DNA from: Sedimentisphaeraceae bacterium JB056
Lineage (GTDB): Bacteria; Planctomycetota; Phycisphaerae; Sedimentisphaerales; Sedimentisphaeraceae
Reading direction: 5' to 3'
DNA length: 64,000 nt
Assembly: GCA_044440125.1 (NCBI GenBank)
Contig: JBITAJ010000031.1
Span: forward strand, 28,225-92,224
Shown: positions 1 through 9,446 of the stretch, piece after piece
Numbering within the stretch: position 1 is the stretch's first letter
Layout of the letters: each line of letters opens with the position of its first letter
Notes under the pieces: model-generated
Told to the model about the DNA's origin: nothing
The model's input: the letters and a program-made list of their open reading frames with translations, nothing else
The model's database searches: none
Position numbers and translations under genes: made by a program

Positions 1-2
1 TG

Positions 3-2447
3 TTCACCGACGAGCCGCATCGTGGTATGATAATGAGTACGGTTTATAACGGTGATTCACCGGAATGGGTCGTCCCGTATACTCCAGCCCTTTTTGATGA
101 GTTCAAGGCAGCCTTTGGCTACGACCTGATTGAAAGACTCCCAGAACTATTTCTGCTAAAAGACGGCGAAAAGGTGTCTCAGGTTAAGTGGCATTACATA
201 GAAATCGTGGAAAGGCTCTTTCTTGCCAATTTCGCAAAACTAACTTATGACTGGTGCCGCGACAACGACCTGTTGCTAACCGGCCATATTCTCCATGAGG
301 ACACACTTACCACGCAAACCATACCTTGCGGTTCAGTGATGAGATACTATGAGTATATGGACTATCCCGGGATAGATTTACTCACAGAAACCAACCGCAA
401 TTACTGGATAGTCAAACAGCTCACATCTGCGGCAAGACAGCTCGGCAAGAAGTGGCTGCTCTCTGAGCTTTACGGATGCAGCGGCTGGCAAATGACTCTC
501 CAGAACTACAAGGAAACAGGCGACTGGCAAAGTCTTTTCGGCATCAATCTTCGCTGTCCTCACCTATCATGGTACACAATGAAGGGACAGGCCAAACGCG
601 ACTATCCGGCAAGCATCATGCATCAAAGCGGCTGGTATAAAGAGTTCGAAGCGGTTGAAACGTATTTCTCAAGACTCCAGCTTATGCTGATGCAGGGCGA
701 GCAGGAATGCGAAGTTCTTGTAATCAATCCTGTCGAAAGTGTATGGTGCCGTATATATCCGGGCTGGACAAGTGCTTTCAGTCCAAAGGATGAAGAAATA
801 ATAAAAATAGAGAAATCGCACGCTGCCCTGTTTGGCTGGCTGGCCTCAAGCGGCATAGATTTCGATTATGGCGATGAAGCCATGCTCGCGGAAATGGCAT
901 CTGTTGAAAACGGAAGCTCACTCAAAGTTGGTCAGGCGTCATATTCAACCGTTGTAGTGCCTCCGCTTACAACAATGCGAAGCTCAACTCTTGAAATGCT
1001 CAACAAATTCGCGGCAGCCGGCGGCAAAGTTATTTTCGCCGGAACTCCGGCTCCGTATATCGATGCACTGCCGTCTCAAAACGCTCTTCTCCTTGCTGAA
1101 AGCTGCCCGCAATGCAAGTTCGAAAAAGAACCGCTGGTTTCTGAAATACTCGGCAGTATTGATATTCCTGTCGAACTTAAAACAAACGGCAGTTGCGACC
1201 AAATATTCAGCCAGATTAGAAAAGACGGCAGCAAGCTCATCATCACACTGATGAACGTATCAGTAACCGAGAGCTTCGAAGATGTTGTTGTGAGAGTCAA
1301 ACACACAGGTTCGCCGCAAATCTGGGATTGCAGAACCGGCGATATAAGCGGTGCCGAATTTGAAAGAGACGGCGAATTTATCGAAATAACCGCAGACTTC
1401 GATCCGGCTCGTGAGATGGTAATAGTTGTATCAGACGAAAAGCTTGACGACAACTCCTCGCAGCCTGAGGAATTATGCTGCTGCGAAATCAGCCAGAAAG
1501 AATTATCAGGTCCGTTCGCTTATTCTCTCAACGAGCCTAATGTGTGCGTTCTTGATACGGCAAAATTCAAGATAAACGATGGCGATTGGCAGGATGAACT
1601 TGAAGTACTCAAGATCGACCGCAAGATAAGAGAATATATGGGTCTTGATAAACGAAGCGGACAAATGATTCAGCCTTGGTGTCGCGACAAATCACTCGAC
1701 ACAACAGAGCATATAGCCCTTGAGTTCGGTTTCAGTATAAATACAATGCCGACTGAAGATTTGATTCTCGTTATCGAAGAACCTCACAAATTCGACATAT
1801 ATCTCAACAACGATAAGCTTGAAAGCAAACCGCTTGAAGGCTTCTGGCTCGATATCTGTTTCTCCAAACTTTCCCTGCCGCTCAGCATGCTCAAAAACGG
1901 CAGCAACACGATACGCATTGAAACAGACTACTCCAACAGCCGCGATATCGAATCGCTCTATCTTTTAGGACAATTCGGCGTTGAGATTGACGGCACAGAG
2001 AAAGCTCTTATCTCCCTGCCGCAAACACTCGAAATAGGCGACATAACAGCTCAGGCTCTGCCTTTCTATTCCGGCAAGATCAAATATATCATCCCCGAAG
2101 AAATCGCCTCACAGCTAAGCAAAGACAGTTGTATATCTCTGCCGCAAATCGGTGCTGCATGTGCTAAGATAACTGATGCTAAAGATGCCGAAAAGCTCAT
2201 GGTATTCAAGCCGTACTCAACAACGCTTGACGACCTTGATATTGGCAGCGGCTTGGCAATCGAGCTTGTATTAGGACGCAGAAACACATTCGGTCCGCTC
2301 CACCTTGACAGGCCGGATTCAACCGACGGCTTCGGGTTCAGGAAATGGTTCGGTCCAGATGAGTTTGAGACTACTGGAGATTTGTGGTCGGATGACTATA
2401 TGCTCATAGAGCAGGGATTATTGAAAAAACCGGTCATTTACGGCTGA
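3..2447 (+). CDS. Glycoside hydrolase, GH106 / alpha-L-rhamnosidase-like; 5'-truncated by the window edge
   Basis: Frame is open from base 3 (FTDEPHRG then M at 27). Motifs FTDEP, LTGHILHED, PGIDLL, LSELYG, GINLRCPHLSWYTMKG..KRDYPASI fit this family. Confidence 0.75.
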   Translation, partial: FTDEPHRGMIMSTVYNGDSPEWVVPYTPALFDEFKAAFGYDLIERLPELFLLKDGEKVSQVKWHYIEIVERLFLANFAKLTYDWCRDNDLLLTGHILHEDTLTTQTIPCGSVMRYYEYMDYPGIDLLTETNRNYWIVKQLTSAARQLGKKWLLSELYGCSGWQMTLQNYKETGDWQSLFGINLRCPHLSWYTMKGQAKRDYPASIMHQSGWYKEFEAVETYFSRLQLMLMQGEQECEVLVINPVESVWCRIYPGWTSAFSPKDEEIIKIEKSHAALFGWLASSGIDFDYGDEAMLAEMASVENGSSLKVGQASYSTVVVPPLTTMRSSTLEMLNKFAAAGGKVIFAGTPAPYIDALPSQNALLLAESCPQCKFEKEPLVSEILGSIDIPVELKTNGSCDQIFSQIRKDGSKLIITLMNVSVTESFEDVVVRVKHTGSPQIWDCRTGDISGAEFERDGEFIEITADFDPAREMVIVVSDEKLDDNSSQPEELCCCEISQKELSGPFAYSLNEPNVCVLDTAKFKINDGDWQDELEVLKIDRKIREYMGLDKRSGQMIQPWCRDKSLDTTEHIALEFGFSINTMPTEDLILVIEEPHKFDIYLNNDKLESKPLEGFWLDICFSKLSLPLSMLKNGSNTIRIETDYSNSRDIESLYLLGQFGVEIDGTEKALISLPQTLEIGDITAQALPFYSGKIKYIIPEEIASQLSKDSCISLPQIGAACAKITDAKDAEKLMVFKPYSTTLDDLDIGSGLAIELVLGRRNTFGPLHLDRPDSTDGFGFRKWFGPDEFETTGDLWSDDYMLIEQGLLKKPVIYG

Positions 2448-2468
2448 TAAACGACAAAAAACAGCAAC

Positions 2469-2502
2469 AACAGCGTGGAAATCAAAACCACGCTGTTTTT
2501 TT
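2469..2502 (+). terminator. Intrinsic terminator
   Basis: AACAGCGTGG-9 nt-CCACGCTGTT hairpin ending in a T7 run, about 20 nt after the stop codon. Confidence 0.85.
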
Positions 2503-2616
2503 ATGTAAAAACAACAAAAATACTGGTTTTTGCGTTTAATTCTATTAAAATACGGTTTGACACTCTGTGTAATAAGTTTGAAAATTTGATTGGTTTTAAG
2601 TACAAGTTTTGAATAT

Positions 2617-3903
2617 ATGAAGATACCGGCAGTAAAAGGAACCCGTGATTTTTATCCCGAACAAATGCGTCTTCGCAACTGGATCATTGACGGTTGGAAA
2701 GAGGTCTCGCTTCGCAATGGTTTTGAAGAATACGATGGGCCGATATTCGAGTACCTGAAGATGTATCAGCAGAAAAGCGGCGAGGAAATCGCCGAGCAGC
2801 TCTTCTCGTTCGAGGATCGCGGCGGACGTGCCCTGGCAATCCGTCCGGAAATCACCCCTACGTTTGCGAGAATGGTTAATCAGCAGATCAATACTTTGCC
2901 AAAACCGGTAAAATGGTTCTCAGTGCCTCGTGTTTGCCGTGCTGAAAGACCGCAAAAGGGACGCCTGCGTGAGTTCTTCCAGTGGAACATCGATATTGTC
3001 GGCGTTGATGAGATAATAGCCGATGCGGAAGTCATATTCTGCGCAATCGACTACCTTCGTCAATGCGGGCTTGGCAGCAAGGATGTTGTAGCCAAGGTAT
3101 CTTCAAGAAAAATGCTTGCGGCAATGCTTGAGGCTATAGGCGTAGCAGAGGATGACCTTGTAGGTGTTTATGCCGTCCTTGATAAAAGGGCGAAGCTTTC
3201 CGATGAGGCATTCGAGGAGATGTTGGCCAAGAAGCTTCAGGACAGCAAACAAAGAGAACTTGTCACGCAAATGATGAACGCTGAGAATTTTGGCGATCTT
3301 GAGAAAATAATCGAACTCCCTGACGAAGCCGCTGCCGCTATCGCAGAAATGAAAGAACTTTTTGAGCTTCTTGACGCGATGGGTATAGCAGATTACTGCA
3401 AATTCGATATCAGTATCGTTCGCGGGCTTGCCTATTATACAGGCGTTGTATTTGAGATACATGACCGCTGCGGAGAACTTCGGGCAGTTTGCGGAGGTGG
3501 AAGATACGACAATCTGCTCAAGGATTTCGGCGGCCCGGCAATGTCGGCAACAGGAATGGGCATGGGAGACTGTGTGCTTGAAATTCTGCTTCGAGAAAAA
3601 GGTATAATAACGGATCAGATGCAGCGTGAACCGGTTGATTTCTATATAGCGTCTCTCGATGAAGGCATGACCAAACCCATCGCAGAACTTGCCGCAAAAC
3701 TGAGATGTAACGGCAAAAAGGCCGAGTTTGCGTATAAAAAATTGAAAATGAAAAAACTATTGAAGCAAGCCGATGAACTAAAGGCCGCAAAATGTATAAT
3801 ACTGGGTCGTGAATTCATTGAGTCAGAAATGCTGGTAGTAAAGGATATGAAAACATCGGAGCAAGAACAGGTAAGCTACGAACAATTTATAAGTGGTATC
3901 TAA
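2617..3903 (+). CDS. hisS: Histidine--tRNA ligase
   Basis: KGTRDFYP, LAIRPEITP, RAERPQKGRLREFFQWNIDIVG, IVRGLAYYTG, GGGRYD. ATG at 2617 preferred over TTG at 2590. Confidence 0.97.
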   Translation: MKIPAVKGTRDFYPEQMRLRNWIIDGWKEVSLRNGFEEYDGPIFEYLKMYQQKSGEEIAEQLFSFEDRGGRALAIRPEITPTFARMVNQQINTLPKPVKWFSVPRVCRAERPQKGRLREFFQWNIDIVGVDEIIADAEVIFCAIDYLRQCGLGSKDVVAKVSSRKMLAAMLEAIGVAEDDLVGVYAVLDKRAKLSDEAFEEMLAKKLQDSKQRELVTQMMNAENFGDLEKIIELPDEAAAAIAEMKELFELLDAMGIADYCKFDISIVRGLAYYTGVVFEIHDRCGELRAVCGGGRYDNLLKDFGGPAMSATGMGMGDCVLEILLREKGIITDQMQREPVDFYIASLDEGMTKPIAELAAKLRCNGKKAEFAYKKLKMKKLLKQADELKAAKCIILGREFIESEMLVVKDMKTSEQEQVSYEQFISGI

Positions 3904-3931
3904 TTAAAATTTCATTGAAAAGAGGAGTATT

Positions 3932-4453
3932 ATGAGATTGAATTTTGTTGTTATTTTTGTTGTACTGTCAGTAATATGCATAGGTTGTGAAAGACAGTAT
4001 TCCATACTCACGGAAGAAGGCATAGTAGATATGCCTTTGAGCAAAGCATTAAAAACAGCAAATTCACCACAACAGCTTTATCCAATGCTGAGTGAAGCAG
4101 CTGATCTTGAGGACAGGGAAAAGATCGAGAAGAAAATAGAGGAACTTCAGGGCGTTGAGCTATCAAATGAGCCTCGCGATTATTGTGACCGTGATGACTA
4201 CATCGCCGAGCAGTCTCAAAGAAGGATAAAATACGTAAAAAAACATTTTCTTGACGATGAAATGAAAGAAACCATACTGTCCGGCAATGTCGTTATTGGC
4301 ATGACAAAAGAGGAATTCATAGCAAGCCACGGAGAGCCTACAGAAAAGAAAATCGTTGATACAGACCAGGGCAAAGCCGAGGTATTCATCGAAGGCATGT
4401 TCGATAAATGCAGTTATTACTTCATCGACGGCAAGCTCGCTTACTGGTTCTGA
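3932..4453 (+). CDS. Hypothetical lipoprotein
   Basis: SD GAGGAG; hydrophobic N-terminus ending in lipobox-like CIGC; C-terminal GMTKEE...GEP motif reminiscent of SmpA/BamE-like folds. Confidence 0.7.
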   Translation: MRLNFVVIFVVLSVICIGCERQYSILTEEGIVDMPLSKALKTANSPQQLYPMLSEAADLEDREKIEKKIEELQGVELSNEPRDYCDRDDYIAEQSQRRIKYVKKHFLDDEMKETILSGNVVIGMTKEEFIASHGEPTEKKIVDTDQGKAEVFIEGMFDKCSYYFIDGKLAYWF

Positions 4454-4485
4454 TAAACTGAAATCTGACACAATCTTGTATTTAT

Positions 4486-5028
4486 ATGTCTAATGTAAAG
4501 AAAATAACAGCACCGATTAACAAAGCCGCTATTGAAGATCTCAGAGCAGGCGATGAAGTCTTGATAACGGGAACTATATACACCGCAAGGGATATCGCCC
4601 ATAAACGTCTCTGCGAATCAATCTCACGAAACGAACCACTTCCGTTCGACATTGAAGATGCAGTCATATATTTCGTAGGCCCGTCCCCTGCCCCGCAAGG
4701 AAGAGCGATTGGCTCAGCCGGACCGACAACATCTTCAAGAATGGACCCATTTTCTCCGATCCTCCTTGAGCATGGTCTGGCGGCCATGATAGGTAAAGGA
4801 CTCAGAGGCCAAAAGGTAATCGATTCGCTAAAGAAGAATAAAGGTGTGCATTTCAGTGCCATAGGAGGTGCAGGCGCCCTTCTGAGCAAGGCAATAAAAG
4901 CTTCTGAGATTGTAGCGTATGAAGATCTCGGTACAGAAGCAATCAGAAAACTGACGGTTGTTGACTTTCCAGTTGTTGTAGCTTACGACAGTTACGGCAA
5001 TACCGTTTACAACGCTTCACTTCAATAA
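4486..5028 (+). CDS. Fe-S hydro-lyase (class I fumarate hydratase / tartrate dehydratase), beta subunit
   Basis: TARDIAHKR, GSAGPTTSSRMD, MIGKG, GGAGAL, DLGTEAI. Confidence 0.92.
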   Translation: MSNVKKITAPINKAAIEDLRAGDEVLITGTIYTARDIAHKRLCESISRNEPLPFDIEDAVIYFVGPSPAPQGRAIGSAGPTTSSRMDPFSPILLEHGLAAMIGKGLRGQKVIDSLKKNKGVHFSAIGGAGALLSKAIKASEIVAYEDLGTEAIRKLTVVDFPVVVAYDSYGNTVYNASLQ

Positions 5029-5084
5029 AACACCGACAAATCATAAGTCTGACCCAATCGAAACCGAAAAACTGAGATTTCCTG

Positions 5085-5113
5085 TTGATTTTTGCTTTTC
5101 CAGACAATACAAT
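5085..5113 (+). promoter_or_regulatory. Sigma70-type promoter for the ferritin-like gene
   Basis: TTGATT-17 nt-TACAAT. Confidence 0.55.
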
Positions 5114-5224
5114 GAGTATTAGTATTTAGGAAGAAGTAAAAATGTCTGCGAGGGGTAGAGTAAGTTTTTTTCATTCCCCCCTTCGCATTGAATTTATTAT
5201 TCAGATAGGAAATGGAGAAATACT

Positions 5225-5722
5225 ATGGGTTCAAGAGGAATCGAAATTGTAGGTATGGACGTTAATGAACTGCTGATGCTTTTAAACAAGGCTTTTAGTG
5301 ATGAATGGCTGGCCTATTATCAATACTGGCTTGGTGCAAAAATCGTTAAAGGACCAATGAAAGATGCAGTCATTGCAGAACTGGAACAACACGCTGCTGA
5401 AGAGCTAAGCCACGCACTCCTGCTCTCAGGCAGAATAGTACAGCTTGGCGGAACGCCGGTAACTAACCCACAAGACTGGTTCAAACTCACCAATTGTAAT
5501 TATGAAGACCCGACCGATCCGTACGTAAGGAAGATACTGGAGCAGAATATCAGCGGAGAACAATGTGCGATATCCGTATACAATGACCTGATGAAAACAA
5601 CCATGCAGGCAGATCCTGTAACGTACAATATTGCCCTGCAGATAATCGAGCAGGAAGTTGAGCATGAGGAAGACCTCCAATCGCTGCTTGAAGATCTCGA
5701 CCTGATGACAAAAGGATGTTAA
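5225..5722 (+). CDS. Ferritin-like protein, DPS-like (DPSL) / bacterioferritin-related
   Basis: DEWLAYYQYW, EELSHA, GEQCAI, EVEHEEDL di-iron ligands; Cys in TNCNY and EQCA; SD GGAG. Confidence 0.88.
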   Translation: MGSRGIEIVGMDVNELLMLLNKAFSDEWLAYYQYWLGAKIVKGPMKDAVIAELEQHAAEELSHALLLSGRIVQLGGTPVTNPQDWFKLTNCNYEDPTDPYVRKILEQNISGEQCAISVYNDLMKTTMQADPVTYNIALQIIEQEVEHEEDLQSLLEDLDLMTKGC

Positions 5723-5787
5723 ATATCGCTACGGCTCTGTCATGAGTCTGACGGGCTGATAAATCTACGATTTCAATCAGATACGAA

Positions 5788-5840
5788 TATTCTGTCCGGA
5801 CTTAGTGAAGGCATATCCAAAACTAAGTCCGGATAGAATA
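5788..5840. repeat. 19-bp inverted repeat between convergent genes; probable bidirectional terminator or stability hairpin
   Basis: TATTCTGTCCGGACTTAGT (5788-5806) and ACTAAGTCCGGATAGAATA (5822-5840), 18/19 complementary. Confidence 0.75.
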
Positions 5841-5879
5841 AGCTTCTTATCGTAACCATATGTAAATTCAATATTCAGT

Positions 5880-8246
5880 TCAAAATTCTACGCTTAAAGT
5901 GTTCTGCCCCTGAGCAACATGAATTTCCAGAAGAGTATCGGTCACACAACCCCACACGTCTGAACCGTTCAACATTATTTTACGGGGTTTGTCTGGGAAT
6001 TTTATACGTAAATCAGTACCGTTGGGATTTTCCACCTCACAACTGAAACTCATCGACTGCCTGGCTTTGGCTGCGGCAACGGTAACCGGCATATCCGATA
6101 CAAATTCATAGCTCTCAGCAATTCGAAGCAATGTGCCGTCAATGATCATAAAGCCCTTGAAAAGCTCGTCCTCATAGGCAACGACTGATAGCGTAGCATT
6201 CTGTTTTATATCACCGGTAGAGAATTTCTGTTTTGTCTGTCCACGAAGAATATTCCAGTTTTTATTATCCCTTTGGATTTTTATAGTATTTATATTCGGC
6301 TCTTCAATTACCGGTAACTGATCATCACTTTTCATCTCGCTTGAACGCGGATACATAACAGTAACAAACTGCCCTGCCGTAATATCTTCATAAGTCTGTG
6401 ACAAATAAGTTGATGGGAACCGATAATCCTGATAGCCGCAAACAACACTTCTCTTGCATTCAGATTTTGAAAATGTTCTCAACTCAAGATCTGTAGTATC
6501 TTCATCTTCCCCTGTCCAGTCAACCATCTCGTGCATCGGTTTGCCGCTCTGCCACCATTGAGGATATTTTTCATTCATGAACATCTCAATACTCTTTCGG
6601 GCATCTGGTATAGTGGGTATTTTTCGGCCATTATCGCCGGGGAAATATGCGGCATCGCCTTGAAGCTTAATTTTATGCGAACTGGGTGAATGAAAACGGA
6701 ACTCAACATCTCCTGCCTGCGGGAGTTCTACATCATCGAGCAAAATCGCAAACTCAGGCATAGCAAATATCACATGGCGGTTCCACTTATCAACCATCTC
6801 ACCGTAAGGACCGGCATTTTCAGTAACAACATAATCGAACGCAGGCGTAGAAATAAAACTTTTCATTCGTCCCCCATGAGGCAGCTTATCCTGCTTTTGC
6901 TGCCCCTGTCCGTTAACAAGCATCACATTGTGTGATATACTTTCTCTAAACCATTCAACAGTGATCGGATCATCATAACCGGTCGGTTTTCCAGAGTCAG
7001 CTATCAAACGCTCACCATAGGCATTAAAAATAAAGCTCCCGCGGTCGGCGTGTCCGTGATTGCCGAAAAACTTAGGAGAGCTTATGACACCTAACTGCAA
7101 ATCCTGCCGTTGCCATCCACTGCGGAAAACCGACCAGCCTGTATTCTTGAAAAACTTCGATCTTTCCAATTCAGTCAACGACGCCTTTCCCGCATCAGGC
7201 TCAAGCCATAAGAATGAAAAGATATCGCCCGGGCCCTTCATGGACGCACGATTATCGTTATTACCGCCGAAACCCGGCCAATCAAATGAGACGGTTGCCT
7301 TGGTAGACTGGCCGCCTATTATGTCTTGACTGACTATCCATGCAATCTGCTGGTGGGCACCTCTTCCGGCAAGTCTTAACATAACGTGAGGATCGTAGAT
7401 TCGATTTATACCGGCATCATTAAAATTCAATGTGCTGCGACGATCTGGCGAAAGGCAATATATAAGGAATAATGGAACTTGCTCACGAAGCCAATTGTTC
7501 TCATAAAGATCAACTCCAAAAACATTATCAACTCCATCCATGAACGGCATAATACTTCTCAGTGACATGTTGCAATAATTAACACCTTCACCATATCCCC
7601 CGCTCTCACCTTGTGAGTTCATGAATAGTTTTACCCGCATTGCCGCCCGATCTATCCATTCGACGGCATCCGGCCTTTCTTTCAAGACTGCCATTGCGGC
7701 AATTCCCCAGCCGCTGGCAAAAGTCGGCGAATAATTATGCTGTCTGCGCTGCGACCACCAGGCAATAAAGCTGTGCTTGTAAAGCGGTAAGATTCCGGCA
7801 TCAACTATTTTTCTGGAAATGGCATCCCGCTCTTGATCTGTAAGAAGATCATAGATCATGTCATACATCAGACCGGCAGGCCTGCATTTTTCAGACACCT
7901 GCAGCTTGGGCGGTTTATTCTCGCTCCAGCTTTTGAGAGCACATAATTCCATCAGCTCCTTTTTGGCAGCCTCACCACGTTTAATATCACCGGTAACAGC
8001 ATATATAAAGGCGTTGGCAACACCATCGGTATCTTTAGCGGCCGATGCGTTTATATTGTCCCATATTCCCTTCCACGGTTGATTAACACTTCTATCTCTT
8101 AATTCTTCGATATCATCATGATCGAAGAGAATGTAAGGATGCCTCAGTCCATCAATATTAATAGGGTTAAGTATCTCGGCATTTAAATCAATTTTAAATA
8201 TCAGAAGGAATACAAATATAACCAACACCAATGTGCGAAGCTTCAT
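5880..8246 (-). CDS. Secreted heparinase II/III-family polysaccharide lyase
   Basis: Signal peptide; HPYILF, HNY, EGVNY, NFNDA, FRSGW, HGHADRGSF, SHNVMLVNG. Start at 8246 or 8252 (GGAG upstream) rather than 8267. Confidence 0.85.
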   Translation of the reverse strand: MKLRTLVLVIFVFLLIFKIDLNAEILNPINIDGLRHPYILFDHDDIEELRDRSVNQPWKGIWDNINASAAKDTDGVANAFIYAVTGDIKRGEAAKKELMELCALKSWSENKPPKLQVSEKCRPAGLMYDMIYDLLTDQERDAISRKIVDAGILPLYKHSFIAWWSQRRQHNYSPTFASGWGIAAMAVLKERPDAVEWIDRAAMRVKLFMNSQGESGGYGEGVNYCNMSLRSIMPFMDGVDNVFGVDLYENNWLREQVPLFLIYCLSPDRRSTLNFNDAGINRIYDPHVMLRLAGRGAHQQIAWIVSQDIIGGQSTKATVSFDWPGFGGNNDNRASMKGPGDIFSFLWLEPDAGKASLTELERSKFFKNTGWSVFRSGWQRQDLQLGVISSPKFFGNHGHADRGSFIFNAYGERLIADSGKPTGYDDPITVEWFRESISHNVMLVNGQGQQKQDKLPHGGRMKSFISTPAFDYVVTENAGPYGEMVDKWNRHVIFAMPEFAILLDDVELPQAGDVEFRFHSPSSHKIKLQGDAAYFPGDNGRKIPTIPDARKSIEMFMNEKYPQWWQSGKPMHEMVDWTGEDEDTTDLELRTFSKSECKRSVVCGYQDYRFPSTYLSQTYEDITAGQFVTVMYPRSSEMKSDDQLPVIEEPNINTIKIQRDNKNWNILRGQTKQKFSTGDIKQNATLSVVAYEDELFKGFMIIDGTLLRIAESYEFVSDMPVTVAAAKARQSMSFSCEVENPNGTDLRIKFPDKPRKIMLNGSDVWGCVTDTLLEIHVAQGQNTLSVEF

Positions 8247-8340
8247 GCTCATCTCTCCTATTTTCACGTTTCTATAATAAAGCGTTACAAACTATACTCA
8301 AAATATCCTAACTTAATTCGCTGTGGAATTTTCAGCAGTC

Positions 8341-9429
8341 TCAATGAATAGTTTCCCCTTTTTCCTTGAAGTATCCAAGCCAGCCATTTATGACTGCAGC
8401 AGAAATAGTTTTATTCTCATTAGACTTGTATTCTTCAAAGCTTTGTCCCCAATAAAAACTGATCCAACCGTCACATACCTCGCTTGAACGATCAATAAAC
8501 TCATCGATCTGATCGATCCCGCATTTTAAACCAAACATCTCCTCCACAACCAACGGCTTACCGATATCGTAGACTTTCAACGCATCTACTGCTTTATCAA
8601 TCTTACCTGCTTCGGGATAGAAGTGAACACTGACAAAATCAAGCTCAGCAGAAACTGACTTATCATAAAAGAACGGCTTTGCATTTGGCCACACATGAGC
8701 CCACGGTATCACTCCAACCGTCACCATATTCTGACTGTCGTGTTTCCTTATCGCAGATACAAGTTTGTTAATCCATGCTCTGGCAATGTCCTTTCCTTTT
8801 CTGCCTTCAGTACAAAGCGTTATTCTCTGAACAAAATATTTATCCCCAAGCGGCTTACCTACCAGCCATTCCGTTTGCTTTCCTCTTGTGGGTATTGCCG
8901 GTTCGTTCATCAAATCATAACAAAACACCGCACTGCTTTTGGCCGCAGTCTTGGCAACTGCCTCCCAGAATATGCATTGAGCATCCCATCTATCACTCTC
9001 ACTTAACTGATCATACCACTGGGGAATATCCTGCTTATGATAACAGCCAAGACCGGTTATATTCAAATACAATCCGTTTTCCTCAGCAAGCTTGAGCAGC
9101 TTCGATAATTGGGTAAGAGATTTAGAATTGGGTTGGGTAGGACTATCAAGAAACTTTCCTGTCTGCAGGTGGATGCGTACAACGTTGGCTCCCAGCTCTT
9201 TCATTTCAGCAAAATCACCGCAGACTGTATCCCATTCTTCAACCCAATAGTCCTCAAGAAGCCTTCCTTTCACATCATGGTCGTAATTCACTCCCCAAAC
9301 AACAAACCGCTCTCCTGTTGCTTTATTAACGAAGTCTCTACCATCATCACTGACGATAATATCTTGACCGTAAACACAATGATTGAAACCAATGAGAAAA
9401 GAAAACAAACCAACAATCAGCCATCTCAT
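8341..9429 (-). CDS. Secreted GH5 / cellulase-family glycoside hydrolase
   Basis: Signal peptide; WGVNY, LGANVVRIHL, YDLMNEP (acid/base), SVHFYP, KPLVVEE (nucleophile). Confidence 0.85.
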   Translation of the reverse strand: MRWLIVGLFSFLIGFNHCVYGQDIIVSDDGRDFVNKATGERFVVWGVNYDHDVKGRLLEDYWVEEWDTVCGDFAEMKELGANVVRIHLQTGKFLDSPTQPNSKSLTQLSKLLKLAEENGLYLNITGLGCYHKQDIPQWYDQLSESDRWDAQCIFWEAVAKTAAKSSAVFCYDLMNEPAIPTRGKQTEWLVGKPLGDKYFVQRITLCTEGRKGKDIARAWINKLVSAIRKHDSQNMVTVGVIPWAHVWPNAKPFFYDKSVSAELDFVSVHFYPEAGKIDKAVDALKVYDIGKPLVVEEMFGLKCGIDQIDEFIDRSSEVCDGWISFYWGQSFEEYKSNENKTISAAVINGWLGYFKEKGETIH

Positions 9430-9446
9430 AATCACTATCCCTTTCA

